A DNA stretch of 64,000 bases, from contig SMSO01000032.1 of NCBI GenBank assembly GCA_004764695.1, forward strand, positions 5,488,483 through 5,552,482, in the 5' to 3' direction. The notes under the pieces were generated by a model. It ran no database searches. It had not been told where the DNA came from and saw only the letters and a program-made list of their open reading frames with translations. This document shows positions 46,127-58,051 of this stretch, in pieces (positions within the stretch are counted from its first letter, which is position 1; every line of letters begins with the position of its first letter). The position numbers were made by a program, and so were the translations under genes. Origin of the DNA: Schizochytrium sp. TIO01. Taxonomy: Eukaryota; Protista; Bigyra: Labyrinthulomycetes.

Positions 46127-47299
46127 TTAGTAAGATATCTCACGAGACGGCGATATGCGGTCTTCTGCCACTTCTCGAGGCAAGACATGTACAGACGTAG
46201 ACAGCTCTTGCATGGGGGGGTGGTGATGTCCACGAATCGCATGAATGGTACTCTGAAGTCCACGTAATGGAGCCTGGATCATGCCTTTAAACGAAAGCTC
46301 TACATTTTCGCGAGTCACTCCCTTAATTCGAAAAGTAAGAAGAGCGAAAATGATAATGGTCACAAAATTGACTAAAAACAGCAGAAAACTGTAGAACCCC
46401 ACTCTCCAGAAAATTTCGTCAAGGTTCTGTTCCGAATGTCCAAAGTGATAGATTGTCCCCATAGTAATCGCAATGGACGAGTTGATCACTGGTGGAAGTA
46501 AAGCACTTGAAATTGCTACGCCCACGAGAGCACTCACAGCCGCGTTTGTTGTTGCCAAGGCAACACCAATGCCTGATGGCAAGGCTAGGCAAAATCCAGA
46601 TAACAATGAAAGGACCTGGCCACGAGAGGTCATCTCGTCACTGACTAAGGGTTTGTTTCCTGTCATATGAGTCAAAGCTGGAACGCCAAGCGGAGCAAAA
46701 AATAGAATTGCAAGAGCGCCCACAATTGCACCAAGAATTAAGCAGATAGCAACTCCCCAAAGTTCATTACGTAGGCCAAGTTTCACAAGGTCTTTGCGTC
46801 CTACAGCAATTCCAAAAGCCACACCTAACATGGGGCCCATTAGTGGGCTCACCAGCATTGCCGCAACAACAATGACAGCGGAGTCTGTGATGAGTCCAAC
46901 TGCTGCAATGATGGCTGCAATACAGATAAGAAGAATGTAATCAAAAGTCAAATGTAATCCACTGTGAATAGCTTCCTCAATCTCTCTTACAGTGCGGCGG
47001 TCAGTGAGATTATACTTTCGTCTTTTCCCTTCAGAAGACGTAGCTTTGTCAAGCATTGGTATTGTGGACTGCAGTGCGATGATATCAATTGATCCAAATT
47101 CATGCCCGAGTCCAGTGTTGTCTAGCGATTGTAAAACCTCGGAGAGGTGCTTATCTGCACAGACAAAGGAAATCATTACCTCTTCCCCATCTGAACTTGT
47201 AAAACTCTTTGCTCTCTGGACCAATTCATGATTACTCAAAATCGTCTGTACTCCTATGCTCTCTTCTCTAGGCACGTGGACCTGAATACTGCGAACCAT
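46127..47299 (-). CDS. DUF389-type multi-pass membrane protein
   Basis: IAAVGLITDSAVIVVAAMLVSPLMGP and ALVGVAISSALLPP are typical of DUF389/TIGR00341-like proteins. Confidence 0.85.
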   Translation of the reverse strand: MVRSIQVHVPREESIGVQTILSNHELVQRAKSFTSSDGEEVMISFVCADKHLSEVLQSLDNTGLGHEFGSIDIIALQSTIPMLDKATSSEGKRRKYNLTDRRTVREIEEAIHSGLHLTFDYILLICIAAIIAAVGLITDSAVIVVAAMLVSPLMGPMLGVAFGIAVGRKDLVKLGLRNELWGVAICLILGAIVGALAILFFAPLGVPALTHMTGNKPLVSDEMTSRGQVLSLLSGFCLALPSGIGVALATTNAAVSALVGVAISSALLPPVINSSIAITMGTIYHFGHSEQNLDEIFWRVGFYSFLLFLVNFVTIIIFALLTFRIKGVTRENVELSFKGMIQAPLRGLQSTIHAIRGHHHPPMQELSTSVHVLPREVAEDRISPSREISY

Positions 47300-47586
47300 G
47301 GCCGTGGCAGGAGCAAAGCCTCATGTACCAGGAGCAATTGAGAGAGTTCCCTTCCAGTAATTGCTTCTTTTGAAACTGATTCACTTCTGGCAAGCCAAAC
47401 TGACCGTTTGCTACGTATTCTTCAAAGTCTCAGTAAATCTTGAAGTCTCTTGTTACGGTTCCTCATCCTCAACAAGCTTCCACGGGCACTCATATTCTGT
47501 CCTTTTATTCTATTTGATCCGTTGACACCCCCAAGCCAACTACATATATTGCGTATATATATGACATTGTAAATTAATGCTTCTGT

Positions 47587-47665
47587 GCTGTGATGACCGA
47601 GCGGTTAAGGTGCCACGTTAAGGCCGTGGTCCGAAAGGGCGTGGGTTCGAGTCCCACTCACAGTA
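47587..47665 (+). tRNA. tRNA-Leu, anticodon AAG, intronless
   Basis: Acceptor stem GCTGTGA/TCACAGT, D loop with GG, anticodon stem CCACG/CGTGG with loop TTAAGGC, long variable arm, T arm GTGGG-TTCGAGT-CCCAC, discriminator A. Confidence 0.95.
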
Positions 47666-47667
47666 TC

Positions 47668-47674
47668 TTTTTTT
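47668..47674 (+). terminator. RNA polymerase III oligo-T terminator
   Basis: T7 run 3 nt downstream of the tRNA. Confidence 0.8.
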
Positions 47675-49664
47675 CAATCTTAAAACTAAGATTTTTTATT
47701 TAAAAAAAAAGAAAGGGGCTAGTAGTACTATCCTAAATAAGCCTAATGATAATAATAATAATCGTTCAAGTTAACTTGAAGTTTTTTATTTAAATTCTAA
47801 TATTTATTTTATTTTAAAATAAAATAAAATTAGTCTGCTTGGATGGCTGTCAGCCTAAAGCATTGATATATATTAATTCTAAGTTTAGAAGAGAAACCAA
47901 ATCTTCGCTCACTCGTTCGTTGATTATAAACTTACAGATCTAGTCTACCAAACCAACTTGAAGTGAGCTAAGTTCAAGTATGAATGATGTCAACATAAGT
48001 TCATAGTCTTTTATTTAGAAGCGCTTGTCTCTCTGCTGATCAAACACTAATGAAGGGTGGATGATCAGATCTCATCAAATAATTGAAGAGTTGAGATGAA
48101 AGCATACAGATCCCAAGAAAGTTGCTTGAGAGTTAGAGGGTTAATGCTTTGCAAATTGTGCTCTAACCTTCAAAGTCTATTCGCTGCGTCATCAAAATTA
48201 ATGAAAATACATACTAGTCTGCATCATGATGCCAGATAGTTCACTTGCTGGTGTGGGCTATAGCTTCTTGTGTCCATTTCATAATCATAGCAGCGAGACT
48301 TTGGTTTCTGATTCAGCTTCTGTCGTATAGCCAACTCTGTTAATTTCAATGCTAGACAGTGTTGGGAGCAAGAACTTAGGTAGTACCTGCCTACTTAGTA
48401 TATATAGTATTAGTAGTCAGTAGCGCGCATACCAGGGTTGGCTTTAGGTGCTGAAGAGATTGATCTTAGTTCCGCTGTTGCTCAGTCATACTAGAAATAC
48501 AGACGATCTCATAAGCTTCTTTGCACTTGCTTCACAGCGTAAGGATGCAGTTTGAGCCCATAGGAGCCTTCGGAAATGGTTGGGACTTGAGTTGACGCCG
48601 ATCGATCTGTTTGAGTGACCCAAAATGATAATAATTTTATTGGAGTGATCCATCCCAATAGAACTATCTGTGTTTTGGCTGTTCCTCAGGGTTAGTACAA
48701 GAGTTTACATCAAACTATGATGGCTCAAAGTCAAGCAAAGGGCAATACAGACCTAGGGCTATGTACACTGGGATTGCGGAGTACGATGATTGCAGTGTCA
48801 AGATGGGGTTTTAGGCGTTTCTGATTTTGTTCCTCTCGGACATAATTTTTGTGATTTCGCCTCGAGGAGCGGCGATTTAATATGTGTTGCCGTCAAGAAT
48901 GTTGAACTGAGGGTGGCCTACACAGGTGAAGGCGTGTGCATGCGCGTGCTTGCGTGGGCGACTGCAAAAACTAGCGTTATTACGTCAGTCATTGGACAAG
49001 ACCGTTCTATTACGAAATTGTAGTTGGTGTATGGAGTGAAGAGATGTGAGTAGATAGGTAGAATACTAGTCTTTGTAATACTGGAGATAAAAAGGTTCAA
49101 GATCATAAGAATGTGTAGTTGTTTAGTTATACTATGCATCATGGTGCTGTCTTGGTCATCATCTACGGGTAGCAAGGCTCATTATTTCATGGTACCTGGT
49201 TGTACCTGGTTAGGAATTATTTTATTGGCCCAAAAACTCTCTCCGTTCTGGAGATAGTCTCTACGGCCTGTTTTGGGCAAAGCCACAGGAAAGCTTTGAG
49301 ATCTTTTTGCCTGCTTGAAAGTAGAGGTTAGTAAAAGTATGAAAGTAGGTATGGGATAGATAGAGGTATCCTCGAGAAGAGGGAGTCTAGTGACAAATAT
49401 GAGAATGTCAAACGTTGCTGGTTGGGTAGAGCCAACGCTGTGCAGCCCGCTGCGCCGCGAATGATGCACCACCCGGTTCAAACATGTACAGTCCCACAGA
49501 GGAAAAACAAAAAAAAGTGTAGAGAATAGAGCACTGATTATGCCTTGGCAGGCCAAGATGAGCGATCAAACCTCTCTTGTTGAGGGTACCATTGACAAAT
49601 TTGATATGTCATGGTTTCTTCGAAACCGCTTCCTTGGTTGCTACAATTTCAATAAATTCGCAAA

Positions 49665-50908
49665 TTACTTCTTCTGCGGCGAGAGCCATTGTACAACTTG
49701 AAAGATGACAGCTTGCCCAACACCAATTTTCACAATACGTGCAGGAAGCCCAGCAAAAAGAATGTGCGACATGCCCTTCTCCTTAATTGTGTTTTGCAAA
49801 AAACTCACGCTTTGAGAAAACGAGCGTGAACCTTGAGACGCCTGCAGTTCAGACTTGAGAACGTCGATAGGATTATTAAGAACGGTGCTGATTGCACCAA
49901 CGACAGCGCCGCCTAGTGCAGCATTGCCACCGCAATAATTATGCACAATAGTTTCGTACACGTAAAACCGAAAAGCATTGCTAGCAGATTGCTGCGGAAC
50001 ATGACACGCAACGATTGAGACCCGAGAATATCAACGTCGATAACGCATCCACAAAGAGAATTCCAAAATTAAAAATAAATCAAGTAAGTAATCAACCCTT
50101 GACATCATCCAAAAATATTAAGCTGGCACAGTGGTCAAGATTCTACATCTTGTTTTGCTGCATAGATAACTTACCCGAACTACAGTAGGTGCTGACCCGA
50201 CCCAAAGTGTTGAGATGCCCTCGGTTCTGACGATGGTTTTGAATAGCTGTACTGGCGGCTGTTGCGCGTGACGTATCCTGAGAATTTTGAGACGATCACA
50301 GGGTGTAACCCAAAGTAGTGCTTCTGTTGCTCCTGCGAAGAACCCTGCAAGGACTTTATCTGTCTCATCATTCCCGGATAGTTTACCGCGCAGGTTCTGG
50401 TACACGCAGAAACGCAGACCAACCTTGCCTGCGTTTTGCACCATTTGCAGACCCAATCCAGCGTACAGACCTTGGATACCGCCCGTAGCAGATACTGCTT
50501 TCCTCATTGAGGTTAGCATTGGTTCGTTGTGCCCATATTGCTGCCGTGTCTTAGTCACCTCCATCGGCATAGTGACACAGGCCTCCACGGCGCCTACATT
50601 TGAGTTATCATGCATTTAACCAGGTTTCAATTGGATTCCGCACAATCCATGCCAAGCCAACATAGAAAGTAGCATCCAACGATCAATTCATCATCAAAGA
50701 AGCCAATGCCCGCATGGTTGGGCGAGACGTCGTTGTTGCGAAGTTGTCGTCGTAGACATTCCATTTATCCACCACCGTTCGATGCATGAGCGTCACGAGT
50801 TGCAATTAACCGACCCAGGTCATTCACAAAGCTGAAGCTGTTAGTCACCAGTGCCCTTGTAGTTCACCCTCGCCAGCACAACCTACCTGCCACCACGCCT
50901 GCCCACAT
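49665..50908 (-). CDS. Mitochondrial carrier (SLC25), citrate/tricarboxylate or succinate-fumarate-like; exons 50908-50887, 50593-50175, 49991-49665
   Basis: Splices to MWAGVVAGAVEACVTMPMEVTK..., with PCDRLK, VVR-QSASNAFRF and PIDVLKS: three Px[DE]xxK signatures. Canonical GT-AG introns. Confidence 0.9.
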
Positions 50909-51505
50909 CGCGAAGACAAGCCCCAAAGTAGAAGACCACAAGCAATCAATATGTCTATTTTATGTATGCATGAACAAACGTAATGTAAAGCATGATGAAA
51001 ACAGAAGTTTTATTCCTATTCCTATATAGGGAATAAGCACTTTGGAAATGTAAAATGCCGCTACTACTTCTACTACTACTAACTACGAGGGTAGTAGCTA
51101 GATAGCACTTGCCTAATAGTCTCTTCCGTATTGCATTCTTGCACCACAATTGTCTTTGTGATCCCATCCAAGAGGTTCTTATTGTCTCAGTCTGGGTTGC
51201 CTTCGTCAACAGCTGTCGCATATCGCCATGTGACCAAAAACAGACCGGGACCCCGAAGGTTCTGTTCAGGTATCTTGCAGCGTGAATGCCGGCTAGGTGG
51301 CTTGAGATGCATTCGCTTTGATGAGTTCATTCTTGTCCTTCTCTTTATAATAAGAGCTCCGCTGTGGTTTTCTTCTTTCTTTCAGTCTTTCCTCTCTCTG
51401 TCCTCTGAGCATCATATGTTCTATTTAATTTTACAAATGGTACCACAAACACTCACATTTTCAACTTTAAAAGTTAAAAGAGGAAACTTGAAGAAAAGAA
51501 AAGGA

Positions 51506-51615
51506 AAAGCAAGTCAAAGCATAGCAGAGCAAAGCATAGCAAAGCAAAGCAAAGCAAAGCAAAGCATAGCAAAGCAAAGCAAAGCATAGCAAAGCAAAGC
51601 AAAGCATAGCAAAGC
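51506..51615. repeat. (AAAGC/ATAGC)n pentanucleotide microsatellite, about 22 units
   Basis: Directly visible. Confidence 0.95.
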
Positions 51616-53249
51616 AAAATTTGCTGCTCGCTCGGCTTAGGTTGCACCTGTTCACGCCCTTCTCTTGGTCTGTCGTACCATGCTCTGTTTTTGGAGATAT
51701 TTGCCTCTGTGACACAAGAGGAATACGCCATTGACGAAAGACCAACTTGGTGAGGCTTTTCTTTTCTGTGTCTGCTAATTTACCCGTGTTTTTGCCTTTC
51801 TTTCGTTCCCTCTCTCTCTTTCATTCAAGTTTTTCTAAAGAAAATGTTTTTCAAGTTGAGTTCGTCATTTCTTCTTTTTTATTTTTTTATAGTTAATCGA
51901 AAATATATATATGTATAAATAAAGAGTAATCTTATTTAGTAATGATGTCGTAGATGATTGAATTGATTAGTGAATGAGAGTGAATGAATGCAGGTGGTTC
52001 GAACAAGTAAACAAAAGCGCTTTTTTGTACCTTCGTGCGGAGATGCTGCCTGCTCCACTTTAGTTTGAGGTTCTTTTGGCAACGTCCATTCGTCAGCACC
52101 TGCAGAGAGTTTTAAGGAACCCGAGAGCGGAACTGTAGGATTACATGCATACCACCACAGGTTGTGTATAAAATAAATTGATAGTGTTTGGACAAAATAA
52201 AGAACAATTAAGTAACTTGTGCTTTATTTTATTTTATTGTTTCATGACATGTTCGTTTCGTGTACTACTTATTTTTTACTACCACTGCGTCGGTTTAATG
52301 GTTCTAGGAACCTCTTGTTCTTCACGTTTATGTAAGGCTCATTTTCTTCAAATTTGCTGTACAGTTCCGGAGACATATCATTGCGATAATCTCTGAAAGG
52401 CCGTGGATACGAATGCCTGAAATTAAAAGGAGTTTCACACGTAAATACCTCGGTTGAATTTATGCTTAATCGATTACAATCAAGCTTCACTACTTGATCC
52501 TTGATAGCAGCCAACAAATAAAAAAGATATTGGATTCTCTATAGCAAGACTTTGAGTATGTGGATAAACTAAGGTGGAGAGAAAAAGAGGTTTTGGTTAA
52601 TTGGTCTATCATGATGTTGTTCCCTTTGTTACCCCTTCTATCCTGTATTCTGATTTTTGTATATATGCCCTAACCGGCGCCCCCCTAAGATAGATACTAT
52701 AAAGGTAGCAGGAACCATCGGGTCTTGTCCCAAAATACCCAAGGACTAAACACAGTGTATGGCACTCCTTTTCTTCATGACATTTATTGCAAGCGATGAG
52801 AAAAGCGTCAAGGAAAGCGAGAGGATGATACCTTGATCTTCGAAGCATGTGCCTCCCCTTCAGGTGCTTTTGTACTGGACGTCGACACATCCACATCCTC
52901 ATCCTCAACCTCAACCTCAACCTCGTCTCCTCACCCTCAGCGAAACGCTAGACTTCGCACGCGGTACATAACAACGTCTCTAGCAGCTCGAACATTGTCT
53001 TTTCCACTTTCGTGTCGCTCGAAATAATGTAGGATCAGACCCTAGACGTGGGATACCTCAACTAAATTCATGCCTGCAAAGTTTTATCCAATCGAAGCGA
53101 CGAGTCACTGTGTTGACTCTCCTGACCTGAGGGCAGAGCGCTCACAACAGAGGCAGACTTCTTCGACGGGTCTAGGTTGTGCCCTGCTTGTATAAACTGC
53201 TAATTCTGCTACTCCACACGAAAAGCTCAACTGGAAATATTACAATAAT

Positions 53250-54140
53250 ATGCTTCGAGTGGCATCTGTTGCCTTTATTGCTCTCTCACTCTTCGAAGAC
53301 AATCAGTATAATGTCAACACCATTGCAATCCTGCTGATTGCGCTTATTACTTTCTTGACAGATTTCTATATCCGACTTTATGCAAAACCCGGAGGCTGCT
53401 TTCTCGTGCCGATGCATCTTCTTGTCCTCGGTTTCATAGCTTCACGCACAAGCAGTCTCAGCTTGGGGCGCACAGAGTCCTCTTCGGCCCAATAATTTTC
53501 TTTGCACACTTCCTCTGCTGATATTTATCCTCAATCTCTTCATTTACGTGCGCAGCATCTGGAATTCTGTGTATAGTATACTTTGTTTTAGACAAGAGAG
53601 TAGAAACGGTCTTGGCTGGGATAGTGGGCAGCTCGTGATTCAACCCTGCTGAGAAAACCCTTCCTTGTGACTGAGGAAAGGACATTTGTAATCTATAAGT
53701 CGAAATTGTGGCCAAGGCTATGAGGATCGCCTCTGCAATCCATGCGCTTTACAAGCGTCCTCAACAAGTTTCACCTGCAAGTTTACTTATTTGGACTCCA
53801 TACGGCTCAAACACCTTGCGGCCCTTCAAAGCAGATGATAATGACGTTGGCATTTCGGAAAGAAATACTGTCTTCGCGATGTTTGTCAACTACTTGTAGC
53901 TGGTTTTATATCATTGCTTTATTATAGATAGCTTTCTTTTTTCTCTACAGAAGTGGATCGCTATTTCGGATCTGTCCACAACCGCTGCGCGGTTCTTGCA
54001 GAGGAAAGCGAAATTTCCAAAACCCTTGTTGTCGACAGCTCTGATGACAAAAGAAAGAAGTACCCAGAGCGTCGGAGCGCACTGTGCACGTATCTGTGCA
54101 TCCTCACATCGCAAGAAACTGCTTGCTGCAATAGCTAAAG
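53250..54140 (+). pseudogene. Fragmented membrane-protein gene remnant
   Basis: An 81-aa hydrophobic ORF is followed by further hydrophobic fragments in other frames with stops. Family not recognised. Confidence 0.3.
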
Positions 54141-54603
54141 GAACGGAGAGCTGATGAAGAGCTAATCTTCTCCCCGCGCGAAAAACACTAAAATCAAAAG
54201 ATAGAGTTCGATATTTACATGGGGAAATGTTTATTTTTTCGAAATGTGTTAATCCTTGAAAAGTAGCGACGAAAGAGTTAAGCACCAACGAGAAAAGCTA
54301 TCATTTATTAAGGTTAGTTTCCAAAAAGCTGTGCTTCTTTGCCATGATTCCTGCAGACCTTGTACAACAGCTTTAGGCGTGATCTTCTAAAGCAAGCAAC
54401 TAGCTTCAAGCGTTGCACATGTACGATGCGCGAATTGTCAGGATATGTATATAATTGGTGACTTCGTAGTTAAATAAAGAAACCAAGAAGTAAAGACGGT
54501 AAAGCTCTAAACCTGAATAAACTGTGAAGAGAAAGAAGAAATTAAAAGTAAAAATAACAGCATAATCAGTCGTATCTTTATGATTGGTCGACCAAACAGC
54601 CAC

Positions 54604-55020
54604 CACTCAGTGATGAAAATATCCGCGAGATCATCTATTTCAGTATCATAATGATTTGGTTGACCCCTCTCTAGATCCATGTAGTAGACACTGCGGCCTT
54701 AATCTATGGTAATATTACAAAGAGCCACATCTTCATGCGTGATAATATAGCGTCATGAACTCCGTGTAATTCCACCTTAGCCTTGCGGTTCTGCGAGTTA
54801 GAGTCTTCATATCGATCTAGCTCCTTCGAGTTAAGTACGGTGAGCGAGGCTCCGCGCTCCTCGATTCCCAAAACCATCAGATCCAACGTCCATCGATACC
54901 GTGTGATGCAACGCGTGGAATTGTGCTTCCCTTATTTGACTCTAGCGTCGCGTACGCAGTAACCTCGTAGTTGACCTGCTCGCCAGGCTATAGGGTGTAT
55001 AAATAGTCTGCTCGCACGGT
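54604..55020 (-). pseudogene. Decayed protein-kinase-like domain (short atypical kinase of the type found in Crinkler-like/fungal-type proteins)
   Basis: Across two frameshifts: NYEVTAYATLESNKGSTIPRV, LMVLGIEERGASL, HGVH, ITHEDVALCNI (HxDxxxxN, 54737-54714), VYYMDLE (54677) and EIDDLADIF. Same-strand ORF remnants at 55398-56200 may be its N-terminus. Confidence 0.7.
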
Positions 55021-56902
55021 TCACAATAATTCCCCACTCTATTGTGGCAGAGAGCTCGCAGCATTCCGTCCGCTTAAGAAATTAAGCCAATTGAGGTCAT
55101 GCATTTGTTTCTTTGCTCCTGACTCCAGGGTGCGTTGTGTCAGTCCCCACACAGGAATAGGCACGTAAGTTTACAACAGCTAAGCCCCCCCTCTCAGTGC
55201 ATTAACCAGATCCTTAGTTCCCGCATCACGAAGCCAATCGAAGGTACCCTGGCGAGGGAAGCTTGAACGCGGTGTATAAAATTACAAGCCAAGTCTGGCC
55301 CAGAGCCTATTTTCTCGGATTTCTACATGGTTGAACATTTTGAAAGACGTCTCTTCTGCATTCGTGAAAAAAGTATTCGTCGTTTCATGCCTGGTCTCTA
55401 TACTAACCGTGTACATGCACAACTGGGCAATGCCCAAATGTCAATCTGTAGGTAAAATTGTTCCGAGCTGAATTTTGAAGTTACGTTCTTGTGCTTTTGC
55501 GTCGCAGCGCCTGGCTCGCCTCCATCGAGGATTACTAGTGCCTTGCACTGGAGTATGGTCGCAGACTCAGATAGCTTTAAGTATCTACTTTTTCTAAGAT
55601 TTTCATATTGGTTCCTTAAATTCCGCTGCTTTCTCGAACCTGAGTTCGCTGTCTGCCTGTCCAAAAGTTTCTTCAGCTTCTTCTCGAAGTCAACGTTCTT
55701 AGCAATGGTGGAAACAGGAATATTAATATTCACCCTATGGCTGAACAGAAATTCGGACATTTGAATCTTGATCGCTCCGTGGCTCGTACAACTTGCACAG
55801 GAGGTTTGGCATTACGTGTTTCAACTCAGAGAGAGTAACATATACGAGCCTGCGGTTCAGTTTGAACGGCTCGCTATCATCTTACAATGCATATACGGGC
55901 CTTTTAAGTTCCCTTCTATCCTTCGTACCGAGAAACAGTTTCATGGCTTTTTCAGAAAGAGCATCACGTGTAATGTCCCAGTATGAACATTTGGTGGGCG
56001 AGAACATCTCAGACAGCGTCGTAGTCGAGTTAGACCGCGTTTATGATAATTGTTGTCTTGGGAGTTAGCTTTCGAGCTCCTCTGATAATAGTGCTCTTCG
56101 TCAGCCATAGGAGCTCTTGCAGCATGCGAATTCGAAGCTGGCGATAAACTATTTCTGCGTGTTATAAAAGACTTACAATTCTTTTTGCCAGTTTTGACAA
56201 ATTAAGCTGATGTGAAAGTTTCTGTTTAGTATGGAGCGACAATGTCACCAAGTTCATTTGCTATTGCTTATTTTTAGAGAGGTCTCGCTCAATCAGACAG
56301 CAGCTCCCAGCGAATTCCCCAGTGTGAAAAGCCAAACACAAACCGAGTATTTGGCATCAGCATTACATTATAATTTGAGGATCTAGTATTGTACGCATCG
56401 TTGTAGATGCTGACATTTGTTTGATACCTTTAGGAGAAACAGCAATCCCAAGGTGGAAGGTCCTCGCGATATGTGACTGGCTGCTCAGGCTGCTCAGGCT
56501 AGCCCGCTCGAAAGCTCGCCTCTGATACCGCCTCCTCTCATGATGTTTGTTCCTGAGAATCCATCTTTATCATTGCCAGCCAGGCATATGCGCATCCGCT
56601 TGAACCATGCTTGCCATAGACTGCATTCAGGTTCTACGCAACTAGCACTGACAGTGCGCTGCGTATACAACGTTCTGGTTCTTCACAGAAAAAAAGTAGA
56701 AAAGAGTAGCGCAGAACGAAACGAAAGAAACGAAGAAAAAAAGAAATAAAGAAACAAAGACGAAGATAGCAAACCTCGTTGCGCCTCAAAGGACCAGGGG
56801 CCTCTTAACCCGAGCACGAGAACCTGAGGTTCTGTTCGCAGTGTGCAAAATTTCACAGGGACGTGTGAGACGGCAGCTTGGCAAAACAGCAAGATTGTTG
56901 GG

Positions 56903-58051
56903 ATGAATATGAGTAAAGATGATGTGACTGAGGCAAAACTGGCCGGGGATGAGGCTACCGAGAAGAGCAACCGGCTTGAACAGGGACCGGATAGTGAGAG
57001 CTTTGAGCAAGGAGTCTCACAAGTCGTGGAAAAACTTAAGGAAGCTGAAACGGTACTTGTACTCTTTACACCGAGACCGCAGTGGAACCAACCGAGTTTT
57101 GCCAATAAGGTGGATGATTTTGCCTGCAGAAACAGCAAGGACCAAATCAAAGAATCGTGCGACCAAGTAGATGTATCAGAGGATGACTTGAATGGAGGTA
57201 ACAAAGATTTTGCGCTCAAAGAAGACTCACCCAATCTCTGGAAGAGCCTAATTTCCTCTCTGGGCGTTGAACCAACGTGGAAATGGACTTTGACGACGAA
57301 GTGGGCTTGGAAACTAGCACCTCGTACTGCTTGGACACATGGGTTTCTAGAAGGTGCTCTAGGTCCTCCTCAGATTCCAAGTCCAATGCGTTGTGTAAAC
57401 CTTGATTTGCGGAAAGAAAAAGAGACTGAACTATTGATAGCCTTTCCGGCTGAAGTTCATCTCGGTCAACTCGAGGAGAACCTGCGCGTAAGAAATCAGG
57501 GCAGGTGCAACGAAAAGCCTGCTAAAGAGCTCTCATTTACAGTTGTCACTACGGCGATGCATGGAGCTCATCAAGAGGCGCGATCGAGCCAAGTTATTGA
57601 GTTATATGGTTCCACTCGTCGTTTTTGCTGTGTAGCGAACGGACATGCAATTTCAAAGGTCATTGATTTTCAGACAGGTCGTGTTTCGCAAGAGCAACCT
57701 TGTTGTGCTCATACATCATGCAAAAGTCTTGCACGCCCAGATTGCGTTCTCTTTGGCGAGGATGTCTGCCACGAAGATCTGGCTCGTGCACAGCTTGCAG
57801 CAGCACATTTGAACAGCTCCAAGGGTGACGTATGCATTGTCGTTGGGGAGCCTGATGGCTTATATCCTGCAAGTTATCTTCCCGAAATTGCGGCTCGCAA
57901 TGCGGCTCTAGTTGTTCTTCTTGCACCCTCGAAGACATCATACTTGGCAGTGTTGCAGGATGTGATTTCCAATATGAAGTCCCCACCTCTTCTTTTACAC
58001 CTTCCTGGTAACCCCGCTGAAGTGCTTGCCAACATTTCGCAGAGAGTCTAA
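56903..58051 (+). CDS. Sirtuin (Sir2)-fold protein with degenerate catalytic motifs (putative pseudo-sirtuin)
   Basis: Colinear sirtuin landmarks KLKEAETVLVL, VVTTAMHGAHQEA, VIELYGS..C, C...CKSLARPDCVLFGEDV and DVCIVVG...YPASYLPEIA. First ATG at 56903. Confidence 0.85.
   Translation: MNMSKDDVTEAKLAGDEATEKSNRLEQGPDSESFEQGVSQVVEKLKEAETVLVLFTPRPQWNQPSFANKVDDFACRNSKDQIKESCDQVDVSEDDLNGGNKDFALKEDSPNLWKSLISSLGVEPTWKWTLTTKWAWKLAPRTAWTHGFLEGALGPPQIPSPMRCVNLDLRKEKETELLIAFPAEVHLGQLEENLRVRNQGRCNEKPAKELSFTVVTTAMHGAHQEARSSQVIELYGSTRRFCCVANGHAISKVIDFQTGRVSQEQPCCAHTSCKSLARPDCVLFGEDVCHEDLARAQLAAAHLNSSKGDVCIVVGEPDGLYPASYLPEIAARNAALVVLLAPSKTSYLAVLQDVISNMKSPPLLLHLPGNPAEVLANISQRV

Noticed and set aside
13229-47665. 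Functional link between TrmL and the tRNA-Leu gene
   Set aside because: They are 34 kb apart, and the tRNA has A34 (AAG) whereas TrmL acts on pyrimidine-34 Leu tRNAs.
47900-49560. Protein-like minus-strand fragments between the tRNA and the SLC25 gene (similar fragments at 62000-63000)
   Set aside because: Probably decayed coding DNA, but no family motif could be supported.
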